Assembly: GCF_004010195.1 (NCBI RefSeq)
Contig: NC_057759.1
Coordinates: 5,547,725 to 5,609,724, forward strand
From: Chiloscyllium plagiosum
Taxonomy: Eukaryota
Length of the DNA stretch: 62,000 nt
Direction of reading: 5' to 3'
This document shows, piece after piece, positions 13,185 to 24,799 of the stretch; position 1 is the first letter of the stretch, and every line of letters starts with the position of its first letter. The notes beneath the pieces were generated by a model, which saw only the letters and a program-made list of their open reading frames with translations, had not been told where the DNA came from and searched no databases. Position numbers and translations under genes: made by a program.

Positions 13185-13800
13185 TCATAGCAAGAAGATT
13201 CAAATCCAAGTGCAGGGATGTCTCGCTACAATTGGACAGGGTGAGACCACACCCTGGAGAACTGTGTACGCAGTTTGGGGTTTCCTTATTTGAGGAAGGA
13301 TATTGTGCCTATGGAGGGGGTGCAGAGAAGGTTTCCCAGAATGATTCCTGGGATGGTGGGACTGACAGATGGAGAGAGACTGGAATTATTAGGGTGACAC
13401 TCACTGGAGTTTAGAAGAATTAAGAGGGACTCTGATAGAAACCTATAAATTTGAACAAGGACGAAACAGAGTAAATGCGGGGAGGGTGTTCCCGGTGACC
13501 AGGCGGAGAGTCCAGAACCAGGGGGTCACAGTCAAAACGAAATGGAGTGGGACTGAGATGGGGAGAAATGTCTTTACCCAGAGAGTGGGAAGCCTGTGGA
13601 AGTCTGTGTCACAGAAAGCAGTCAGGGCCAGAATACTGAATGTTGTTCAGGAAGGAGTTGGATTGAGTTCTTAGAGGGTAAAGGGAGGGTGCGGGGAGAC
13701 AGGGGACTGTGTTGGGTGATTGGCCATGATCCCTTTGAATGGAGCAGGCTAGAGGGGCCGATAGGCCTCCCCCTGATGATATTTTCGATGTTTCTCTGTG
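13185..13800 (+). mobile_element. CR1 LINE 3' fragment
   Basis: VRPH..ELCTQF and RNVFTQRVGSLW motifs; CR1 3' UTR. Confidence 0.8.
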
Positions 13801-14279
13801 AATCGCCCAGTTGCCGCTGACAGGTGCCTCGATATATGCAGGCCGTGAAAATGAGGGACAGTAATTTCTAGTCGACAATTTAGAGAGAGTTGGTGCAGAG
13901 CGATCTTTTGAGTTTAACATCGAATAGTTTGGGTTGGATTGGTGGGATATTGTTAATGAGACAGGCTGCACAGTAACAATTATTTAATGCAATGGTGAGG
14001 TTTTGGAGGGAATTTTACAGACACGAGTGTTGGCAGAGGGTCAGGGCAACTGGGAACAGGAAACACTGGGGATGGTGTTTATATGAGGGTGTGCGTATGA
14101 GAGAGTATGTGTGTAGTGCGTTTGAGTGAGTATGAAAGTGTAAATGTCCGTGTGAGAGAGAGAGAGAGAGAGAGAGAGGCACACACACATTCTCATTGAC
14201 ACTTATATACTTTCACGTGCGCAAACACACACTCACTCAGTCACTTCTGCAGTGCACCTTGTAGACCACACCTGAGAAG

Positions 14280-14700
14280 CCGAGCACCATCCAGGAACAC
14301 AACATCCATTCCCTCTACCACCTGCACTCAGTCGCAGCTACGAGATGACCTTCAGAAATTCACCAAAGATCCTCAGGCAGCACCTTCCAAACCCACAACC
14401 ACGTCCATCTAGAAGGACAAGCACAGCAGATACATGAGAATACCACCTCCTGCAACTTTCCCTCTGAGCCACTCACCATCCCAACTTGGAAATATATCAC
14501 CATTCGTTTAGTGTTGCTGGGTCAAAATCCTGTAGTTCCTTCTCTAATGGTATCGTGGATCTACCTACAGCACAGGGATTGCAGTGGTTCAAGAAGACAG
14601 CTCATTACCTCCTTCTCAAGGGGCCAACTAGGGATGGATAATAAATTCTCGGCCCAGCCAGTGATTTTCGCAACCCACCAGTGAATTAAAAAAGAAATAA
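14280..14700 (+). mobile_element. LINE 3' end, same family as 11460-11975
   Basis: CCATCTAGAAGGACAAG...AACTAGGGATGGATAATAAA and an A-rich tail. Confidence 0.75.
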
Positions 14701-16427
14701 AGCACTATTTGGGAACGTTCTTTATGAGGATGTGGGCAGGCTGAACAAGTGGCAGACAAAATTACTTGGGGAGACATACAAAGAAATGTACTGTGTTCAG
14801 AGGAATGGTCAGCACAGATATAAACTAAAGGTTAAAATTGGAATAACTGTTGCTTGCGCATCAAAGAATCCAGATTCATTTACTAGCAGGAGAAGCTGAA
14901 TATTTACACTAAAACTTTCCTATGTTCTTCCTCTCTTATTTTCTCCCGCTGTTTCTTCCGGCATGTTCCCGGTCGAACAGAAGTAAGTGAGGTGGTTAGC
15001 AACTTCGAACAACATTCAAGCGCTGTCCAAATGGTCTGAAAATCACTCTAGGGTGCAAACCCAGCAATTTTACATCAGTTAGACAAATTGGAGCAAATGA
15101 ACCGTTGTGTCTGATTCGTTTGCAAATCTAAAGCACAACAGTTCAAATTGAGGACACACTCTCAATTTCCGTTAGACTGTGAACTGAGTGTTGGTCAGTC
15201 CCATTAGTGGTGAGGTTATCCATTTCAGTTGGAAGAATTGAAAAAGGCAACTTATCATCTGAATGGGACAGAAAGTTCAAAATGTCAGTGTAAAGGCTAT
15301 AGCAGGTCACAAGGAAGACATTTATTGCGAAAGAAATGGAATATGGAAGTAGGTAATTGTTACTGCAACTGTACAAGGGATTTGGGTTTCCACATCCAGA
15401 GTACTGCAGACAGTTTTGGTCCCTTTACTTGAGGAGAGATGTCGTTGAATTGGAGGGAGTTCAAAGAAACTCACTGAATTGATTGCCCAGATGAAAGTTT
15501 AGTCTTATGAGAAGAGACTGGTACAATTTTGATCTCTTTACTTGAGAACAGATGCAGTTTATACTGGAGGTAGTTCAGAGGAGATTCACTCAATCATTTC
15601 CAGAGATGAAGGGTTTGTCTTAGATGAGAGATTAAGCAGTATTTCTGGAGTTTGGAAGAGAGGAGATCTAACTGAAGGTTATAAAATGCTAAAGGGGGTA
15701 TTGACAAAGGAGTTGGAGAGAGGATGTTTGCTCACATGGGAGAATCTAGAATAAAAGGTTATCATTTCATGATAAGGGGCTGGGCAGACTGAAAACAGAG
15801 GTAAGGAGCAATGAATTCTCTCAAATGAGGAGGGGGTTGTACAATTGTGGGAACATCACCCCCCCGCCCAACCCCCCCACCACTGCATAAAGTGGAAGAG
15901 GAGACAGACAGATTGTTAATCAATGATGGGTCAAAGGGTGTGTTTGCAGGAAAGTGAAGTTGAGGCTGAGATGGGATCAGCTGCGATCGTATGGAATAGC
16001 AGAGCAGGTTCCTGAGGGGCCAGGTGGACTCGACCTGATGCCAGCCTGGATGTTCTTGTGGAGTTATATTGTTAGTTAATAGCAAAACTGCTAGGAGGGA
16101 GAAAATGAAGTTTGATTTAACAAAATAGGTTTTAATTCGTGAACATTCGAAAATAAAGACAAACATAATTCAACACAAATTTGGTGAAGGGCGTTGGTTG
16201 AAAGAAATGGAAAGACAATATATTTAGGTGGGTAAAAAAACTAGAGCTGGTTTGGAGCAGAGGGAGCTGGGGGTATATGTCCACAGATCAGTGAAGGCAG
16301 CATAACAGGGAGAGAGCAATTAATAAAATACACAGCATTCTTCGTTTTATTAATAAGGGCATAGAGTCCGAGAACAAGGAGCTGATATTGAAGTTATAAA
16401 AGACACTGGTGGACCTCAGCTGGAGTG

Positions 16428-16620
16428 TCAGAGAGAGAGAGAGGGAGAGGGTGATAACTGGTAGGTGGTAGTTTAACCTGAGGGTTACCATGCCTCCACA
16501 AGGGGAGAGATGGAGAAGGACAGTCCTTCATGGTAACCTCAACCAGTGAGAGATTCAAACCCACGCGGTCAATGTTACTCCATATTTCAAACCAGCCATC
16601 CAGCCAACTGAGCTAACCCA
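16428..16620 (-). mobile_element. tRNA-derived SINE (third family)
   Basis: Minus strand GGTTAGCTCAGTTGG A-box...GGTTTGAATCT B-box, body ACCCTCAGGTTAAAC; related copies at ~8148-8260 and ~28095-28320. Confidence 0.65.
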
Positions 16621-17487
16621 ACACAAAGCAGAGGGCAGAAAAGAAATTAGTTCCGGTAACAGCACAAGTATTGAATGGAGAATATTAGATCATGTTGGAG
16701 ATGTACCTTTGATCTGTTGGATATTTCTTTGTGTGTAACACCTTACCTTCACAGGCAACAGAAGCTGAATTTAGAAATACATTTGACAAAGGGAGTTGGC
16801 CTTTTATTACCCAGGCTGGTTTTGTTCTGTTCTGGACACCTTACTAAAGGAAGGATGTTCAAACCCTGGACACAATGTGAGGGAGATTTACGAGAATAAT
16901 ACCAATGATGAGGGATTTTAGATGCAGGGAAAAGTTCAGGAGACTGAGCTTATTCTCCTTCAAGCAGAGAAGATGAAGTGGTGACCTTATTGAGGTGTTG
17001 AAAGTTTGAACAATTTTGACGGGAAAGCAAGTTATTGTTTCCCACTCATTGGTCTATTAGTAACTGGCTGGTAGAATTTCAAGATTGTCAGTGAAAGAGT
17101 GAGATGAGGAGAAACTTATTTGGATTGCTGGGATTTGAATGTGCTGCTTTAGGGAGTGGTGGAGGTTTGAAAAAAGAGCTGAATATAAATTTGAAAGGGA
17201 TGATGTAAGAGGGCTACAGAGATAGGGCTGGAGAGTGGGACTACCTGGGTAGCTCATTCAGGAGCTGGTACAGACACAAATGGCCTCCTTCCGTACAGTA
17301 AAAGTATATGATTCTATGAACGTAGAAGTTCTCAGCCACATTCTGGATAATTCCAGGAGGTCATTCCGTGGGACCTTGGCTCAGTGACCTTGTTGCCAGG
17401 AGTTTTTGTACACGCACAGCAGCAAATTGTTGTCACGATCCGGATTGGAACTCGGTTGGGTAATGATCTGGAAATATTTCATTCCAG

Positions 17488-17580
17488 GGGAGGCGATGGG
17501 AAATCGAGCTGAGGGCCCGAGTGAGGACAGACCTGCAAGAAATTTCGACCACGCAGAGATCGGGTCAAGTCGATTGAACG
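17488..17580 (+). pseudogene. Receptor tail exon A, copy 2 (93 nt, phase 1-1)
   Basis: tttcattccAG / GTGAGT; reads EAMGNRAEGPSEDRPARNFDHAEIGSSRLN (Tyr of copy 1 is His here). Confidence 0.65.
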
Positions 17581-19971
17581 GTGAGTATGAATCTGAGAGC
17601 TGCTGATCCTACACCGTCATGTATTGGTCAGCGTTCATGCTGGTATTCGTCTGATTGGAAAGATCCACAAAAACAAATCTCTTCCTGGAAGTGTTGGGGA
17701 GGGAAGTTTGGGTTGTTGGGTGAGAAGGTTGATGGGTGAGGGGTACTTGTTAGCAGAGTGTAAGATTGGTAGTGTTGTAAAGCAGAGAGCCCGAGGGTTT
17801 CAGGTGCATAAATCTTTGAAGGTTGTGTCACATGTAGACAGGGTGTTTGAGAAGGTGTTTAAAACATTTGCCTTCATAGTTTTTAAACTCAAGGGTAAGA
17901 GGTTTAGAGATGGATTTGAGGATTGTTTCACCCAGAGGATGGTGGGGATCTGGAATGTGTGAAAATAAAATATTTGGACTTTCAGTTTCTATTTGAAAGC
18001 ACTAATTGCTCCAGTGTTGGAAATACCACTTGGCAACAGGATATATTGATGTGGAATATTCATATAAAGGAGCAGGAGGAGACCATTCAACCCATTCAGC
18101 ATGTTCCACCATTCAATGGCTGATGTGTAACCTGACTCCATCGACCTGCCTTTGATCCTATCCCCTTTAATAACTTTGCTGAACAAAAACATTATCTCTC
18201 AAGATTTAAAACTAACTGATCCAGCAATGCTGCTGTTTGTGGAAGAGAGTTCCAAACCTCTCCCAGTCTTTGTGCTTAGTAGTACTTCCGAACCTTTCTC
18301 CTTAACAGTCTGGCCCTAATTCTCTGGCTATGCCTTCCCTATTTCTAGCATCTCCGACCAGTGGAAACACTTCCAATTTCCGTACCCTGTCTTTTCCTGT
18401 TAATATCTTTGATCAGATCATCCATGAACCCTGTAAATTCTGGACAGTACAGGCTTAATTTGTGTAATCTCTCCTCATAACTTAACTCCTGAAGCCCAGG
18501 TAACATTCTTGTAAAGTCTCGCTGTGCTCCCTCCCAGGCCAATCTATCCTTCCTCAGGTGTGGTGCCCAGATCTGCTCCAAGTGGGGTCGAACCAGGGTT
18601 TTGTATAACTACAGCATCCCTTCTGCATCCTTTACACCAGATCTCTCAATATAAAGGCCAGCATTCAATTAGCTTTCTTCAGGCAATGAATGATAGAAAT
18701 AAAAGAAAATACAGAAATTGTTGGAGAAACTCAGCAGGGACAGATATTATTTGCCACCTGGGGACTGACTGTTTACTGCAAGACAACTTTTCAACTTTCC
18801 TTTTGATCCTTTATTTTTGCTGGAGCCGTGTAATGTTCAATAAAGAACACAGGCACCCCAATGGCAACTATTCATTTTGTTTACAAACCTCGAGATTCTC
18901 GAACAAGGGGGTGTACTCTGAGAATTAATATTAAATGGCGGAAAATCAAAGGCTTTCCGTATATCTGAGGGAGGCTGTGTGCGATGGGTATAACTCAATT
19001 TGGAATTTGTAGGGTAGATCCTGGGGTCCATCTGAGGAAGACAGAACAATATTGATTCGTCATGATTTCATTCATTTATTCCTTCGAGGGATATACATGG
19101 TTAGAATCTTCCCTGATTGAGCCATTCCAACTACCTCAGTCTCAAGTCAGGAGTGTGATGGAATGCTCCTCCTTGCCTGAATGGTTGCAGCTCCAACAGC
19201 ACTCGAGAAGCTTGACATCATCGCGGGACAAAGCAGCCCCGCTTGATTGGAAGTACATCCACAAGCATCCACTCCTTCTACTACCCATGCTCAGTAGCAG
19301 CAGTGTGTACCATCTACAAGATGTACTGCAGAAATACACCAAAGATCCTCAGGCAGCACCTTCAAAACTCACAACCACTTTCACCTAGAAGGACAAGTAC
19401 AGCAGATACATGGGAACACCCACCCTCTATAAGTTCCCCTTCCGGCCACTCAGTGTCTTGACATGGAAATATAACACTGTTTCTTCAGTGTCATTGTGTC
19501 AAAATCCTGGAATTTCCTCCTTGAGGGCAATGTGTGCCTATCTACGGAACATAGACAGCAGCAGTTCAAGAAAGCAGCTCGTGCCTACCTTCTCAAGGGG
19601 ACAACTAGGGATGAGTTGGGCAATAAGTGCTGGGTCCAGCGGGTGATGTCCATGTGCCATGAACAAATAATATAACAAAAAAAATTGTAAATGAGCCCAG
19701 GGCCTCTACCTTCCGATGTGAGCCTGTTCTGGGAGGGTAGGCACAAACTTTGTAGTGAACGTTGATGCAAAATACACATTCGATGTTATTGAGTCACCTG
19801 GTTTGTGAACTGTTTTGAAAAGGTCGATATATCGCCAAGAGCTTTGGTTTATATTCCTGCTAGGTTGGGACTGTGACCTTAATTATCAGTTTGAGGCATT
19901 GTTTGCTGTTGGTTTTACATTCTGATCTCTAACCTTTCGGTTCATTTTGCATTATTGTTTCTTGATTATAG

Positions 19972-20037
19972 ATGACTCCAAAACAGATAGCAGTTTGGTG
20001 TACTCAGTTTTCACCATCTCAAAAATGAGAAACATTG
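19972..20037 (+). pseudogene. Receptor tail exon C, copy 2 (66 nt, phase 1-1)
   Basis: tttcttgattatAG / GTAAAA; reads DSKTDSSLVYSVFTISKMRNI. Confidence 0.65.
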
Positions 20038-20154
20038 GTAAAAGATACAGTGTATATATATACTTTCCTAACATTTTTGGTTCAGTGAAAGTGGAGATTT
20101 TCTCTAGTTTATCTTAACCCTCTAAAACCTAGCCATTTTTAAACATAGCTAGTG

Positions 20155-21895
20155 AGAAAGGCCAATTTTGACGGTATTAGGCAAGAACTTTCAAAAGGTG
20201 ACTGGGCGCTGATGTTCGCAGGTAAAGGGATGGCTGGAAAATGGAAAGCCTTCAGAAATGAGATAACGAGAGTCCAGAGAAAGTATACTCCTTTGTTAGG
20301 GTGAAAGGAAAGGCTGGTAGGTGCAGCTGGATGACTAAAGAAATTAAGATTTCGCTTAAGAAAAAGAAGGAAACATATGTCAGGTATAGACAGGATAGAT
20401 CGAGTGAATCCTTCGGGGAGTATAAAGGCGGTAGGAATATACTTAAGAGCGAAATCAGGAGGGCAAAAAGGGGACATGAGATAGCTTTGGCAAATAGCGT
20501 TAAGGAGAATCCAAAGGGTTTTTACAAATACATTAAGGTCAAAAGGGTAACTCGGGAGAGAATAGGGCCCCTCAAAGATCAGCAAGGTGGCCTTTGTGTG
20601 GAGTCGCAGGAGATGGGGGAGATACTAAACGAGGATTTTGCATCAGTATTTACAATGGAAAAGGACATGGTAGGTATTGAATGTAGGGAAACAGATCGTG
20701 ACATCTTGAAAAATGTCCATATTACAGAGGAGGAAGTGCTGGATGTCTTGAAACGCATAAAAGTGGATAAATCCCCAGGACCTGATCAGGTGTACCCGAG
20801 AACTCTGTGGGAAGCTAGAGAAGTGATTGCTGGGCCTCTTGCTGAAATATTTGATCATTGATAGTCACAGATAAGGTGCCGGAAGACTGGAGGTTGGCGA
20901 AGGTGGTGCCATTTTAAGAAAGGACAAACGAGATAATAATAGACCAGAGAGCCTGACAGCGATGGTGGGCAAGTTGTTGGAGGGAATCCTGAGGGACAGG
21001 TTGTATATGTATTTGGAAAGGCAAGGACTGATTAGGGATAGTCAACATGGTTTTGTGCATGGGAAATCATGTCTCACAAACTTGATTGAGTTTTTTGAAG
21101 AAGTGACAAAGAGGATTGATGAGGGCAGAGCAGTAGATGTGATCTATATGGACTTCAGTTAAGCATTCAACAAGGTTCCCCATGGGAGACTGGTTAGCAA
21201 TGGAATGCAGGGAGAACTAGCCATTTGGATACACACCGGGCTCAAAGGTGGAAAACATAGGGTGGTGGTGGAGGGTTGTTTTTCAGACTGGAGGCCGGTG
21301 ACTACTGGAGTGCCACAAGGATCGGTGCTAGGTCCACGGTTTTTCATCATTTATACAAAGGAAATGAAGGTGGACAGTGAAGAAGGTTACCTTTGATTAC
21401 AATGGGATCTTAATCAGATGGACCAATGGGCTGAGAAAGAAAAATGTGAGGTGTTGCATTTGGGAAACAAATCTTAGCAGGACTTGTATACTTAATGGTA
21501 AGGTCCTAGGGAGTGTTGCTGAACAAAGAGACCTTGGAGTGCAGGTTCATAGTTCCTTGAAAGTGCAGTCGCAGGTAGATAGGATAGTGAAGAAGGCGTT
21601 TGGTATGCTTTCCTTTATTGGTCAGAGTATTGAGTACAGGAGTTGGGATGTCATGTTGCGGTTGTACAGGCCACTTTTGGAATATTGCGTACAATTCTGA
21701 TCTCTTTCCTATTGGAAAGATGTTGTAAACTTGAAAGGGTTCAGAAAAGATTTTTCAAGGATGCTGCCATGGTTGGAGGATTTGAGCTATAGGGAGAGGT
21801 TGATTGGGTTGGGCTGTTTTCTCTGGAGCATCGGAGGCTTAGGGGTGATCTTAGAGGTTTATAAAATCATGAAGGGCATGGATAGGATAAATAGA
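20155..21895 (+). mobile_element. CR1 LINE ORF2 fragment, 5'-truncated
   Basis: KSPGPDQVYPR, QHGFVHGKSCLTNL, DVIYMDFS and GVPQGSVLGP across frameshifted ORFs; near-identical subfamily to 61770-62000. Confidence 0.95.
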
Positions 21896-22024
21896 CCAGT
21901 ACAAGAGCTTAGTGTCTGAGAGTGGCCCCTTCTGGCCTTCGTCTTTGGGACAATGAGCCATTCGCTCTGGATCGAATATCATTCACAAGAAGAGCATTGC
22001 TATTTCATTGCCCTGAGTGTTTCT

Positions 22025-22875
22025 TTGATGACACAAAGATAGGTGGAAGGACAGGCAGTGTTGAGGAAGTGTGGAGTGGGCAATGAAATGGTAGATGGAA
22101 TACAATGTGGGAAAGTGGGAAGTTACGTACTTTAGTAGGAAGAACAGAGACAGAGACTGTTTTCTAAATGGGGAAAGGTTTCGGAAATCTGAAGCACAAA
22201 GGGACTTGGGAGTCCGGGTTCAGGATTCTCTTCAGGTTAACAGGCAGGTTCAGTTGGCAGTTAGGAAGGCAAATGTAATGTCAGCATTCATTTTGGGAGG
22301 TGTAGAATACAAGAACAGGGCTGTACTGCTAAGGCTGTATAAGGATCTGGTCAGACCACATTTGGAACATTGAGAGCAGTTTTGGGCCCCCTATCTAAAG
22401 AAGGATGTGCTGAACTTGGAAGGAGTCCAGAGGGGGTTTGCAAGAAAGATCCCAGGGATGAAGAACTTATCATATGAGGAGAGGTTGAGGTCTCTGAGTC
22501 TGGACTCGATGGAGTTTAGAAGGGTGAGGGAGAACCTAGTTGAAACTTGGAGAATACTGAGAGGCCCGGACAGAGTGGACATGGAGAAGATGTTTCCATG
22601 AGTCGGAGAGACTAAGACCCGAAGGCACAGCCTCAGAATGAAGGGAACTCCCTTTAGAACGGAAATGAGGAGGAATTTCTTCAGCCAGACAGTGGAACTC
22701 ATTACTGCAGACAGCTGTCATTATGTCTTTAAGACAGAGATAGATAGGTTCTTGATCAGTAGGAGGATCAACCGTTACAGAGAGAAGGCAGGAGAATGGT
22801 GTTAACAAACATATCAGCCATGACAGAATGGCAGGGCAGACTTGATGGGCCAAATGGCTGCTCTATCTTATGGTC
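22025..22875 (+). mobile_element. CR1 LINE 3' fragment
   Basis: DDTKIGG, MEYNVGK and LYKDLVRPHLE motifs, with 3' UTR. Confidence 0.9.
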
Positions 22876-22999
22876 TTGGCTACTTAGTGACTATTGGCCT
22901 GTGACGCATCACACAGTTTAGGCCCTCAGATTCAGAGCTTTCTGAGCGTGTGCTATGAGGCACCCACACTAAAAAGTGTGCAGGCAGCTGGACGACCAA

Positions 23000-24740
23000 T
23001 AGAACATACGGGCTAGGAGCCCTCGGGAGCCAGGTTCCCTCGTTCTTTATGGCTGTGACTGATCTCATCCCAGCCTCAACTCCAATTTCCTGCTCCCACT
23101 CCCTTTAACCTCTCACTGATTGACAATGTCTGTCCATCCCTTCCTTCAATTTATTCAGTGTCCCGATGTGGCGCCCCCTCCATATACACATACACACTGA
23201 CAAGAATTCCCAGATATTCCCACCCCCTCTCCCTTAGAGAGAAACCATTTTTCAACATCTCACTTTTCAGTCTGTCCCACCCCCTTCTCATGAAACGATG
23301 ACTCTATCATCTTCCATTGTCACACATGAGGAAACAACCTCTTTCTGTCTCCTATGTCAATCCCACCCCCTTTACCACCCTATGTCCCTCAGTTGGAACT
23401 CCCCTCATTCCTGTAAACTCCAGAGCATATTGGCCTTAACTGCTCAATCTCTCTTTTGAAGACAAACCCCTCCTCTCTGAACATGAAATGTACAAAATCA
23501 CGTTAGATGGTATCGCGGATGTAGAATCTCAAATCTCAAAGTGAGTTAGCCATAGTTTCCGAGAGGTCTGCAGCCCAGAAAAAAGGCCAATCGAGTCTGT
23601 GCTGGTCAGAAACAACCACTTCACTATTCTCTAATCCCTTTTCCTCAGTACTTGGCCCCATAGCCTTGGCGTCACGAGTGCACATCCAAATCCACCTGAT
23701 GACGGTTTTTGCCTCTCCCACCCTTACAAGCAATGACTTCCAGATTCCCCACCACCCTCTGTGTGAACAAGATTTTCCTCACATCCCCTCGAAATGGCCC
23801 TTACCTTCAATCTATACCCCTCTCCCACCTCCATCAAGGGGGGGGAAGTTTCTTCCTGCCTCCCCTATCTTCACCCCTCATCATTTTAATCATCCCTCTC
23901 TTTCAATCCACTCTGCTGTAAAGACAACAACCCCAGTCTGTCCAACCTCTCATCATTGAAAAAACTCTCCTGCCCCCAAGGCAATATGCTGGTAAATGTC
24001 CCTGTNNNNNNNNNNNNNNNNNNNNNNNNNNNNNNNNNNNNNNNNNNNNNNNNNNNNNNNNNNNNNNNNNNNNNNNNNNNNNNNNNNNNNNNNNNNNNNN
24101 NNNNNNNNNNNNNNNNNNNNNNNNNNNNNNNNNNNNNNNNNNNNNNNNNNNNNNNNNNNNNNNNNNNNNNNNNNNNNNNNNNNNNNNNNNNNNNNNNNNN
24201 NNNNNNNNNNNNNNNNNNNNNNNNNNNNNNNNNNNNNNNNNNNNNNNNNNNNNNNNNNNNNNNNNNNNNNNNNNNNNNNNNNNNNNNNNNNNNNNNNNNN
24301 NNNNNNNNNNNNNNNNNNNNNNNNNNNNNNNNNNNNNNNNNNNNNNNNNNNNNNNNNNNNNNNNNNNNNNNNNNNNNNNNNNNNNNNNNNNNNNNNNNNN
24401 NNNNNNNNNNNNNNNNNNNNNNNNNNNNNNNNNNNNNNTGCCTCTCCCACCCTTACAAACAATGACTTCCAGATTCCCCACCACCCTCTGTGTGAACAAG
24501 ATTTTCCTCACATCCCCTCGAAATGGCCCTTACCTTCAATCTATACCCCTCTCCCACCTCCATCAAGGGGGGGGGGGAAGTTTCTTCCTGCCTCCCCTAT
24601 CTTCACCCCTCATCATTTTATACATCCCTCTCTTTCAATCCACTCTGCTGTAAAGACAACAACCCCAGTCTGTCCAACCTCTCTCAATCATTGAAACTCT
24701 CCTGCCCCCAAGGCAATATGCTGGGAAATGTCCCTGTGCA
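23000..24740 (-). mobile_element. Decayed CR1 3' fragments spanning an assembly gap
   Basis: Reverse-complement CR1 tails and RKILFTQRVVG motif; 23710-24005 is repeated at 24439-24737 across the gap. Confidence 0.7.
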
Positions 24741-24799
24741 TCCCCTCACAATTCATTTAGATTCCACGAGATAGTGAGATGAGGAACAGTCAGCAAATA

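Larger units (their letters stand above)
15228..20154. repeat. Segmental duplication, copy 2 (~4.9 kb)
   Basis: Direct-orientation paralog of 7448-12456; retains ~15957-16505 that is missing in copy 1 and lacks most of the CR1 at ~9480-10150 of copy 1. Confidence 0.92.

Noticed and set aside
14940..14990. Small CpG patch with CTTCCGG and a GTAAGT donor
   Set aside because: Too short to call a promoter or first exon without expression data.
23710..24737. ~300-bp near-identical repeat on both sides of the 24006-24438 gap
   Set aside because: Typical unmerged contig overlap or allelic duplication at a scaffold gap; probably not a real tandem repeat.
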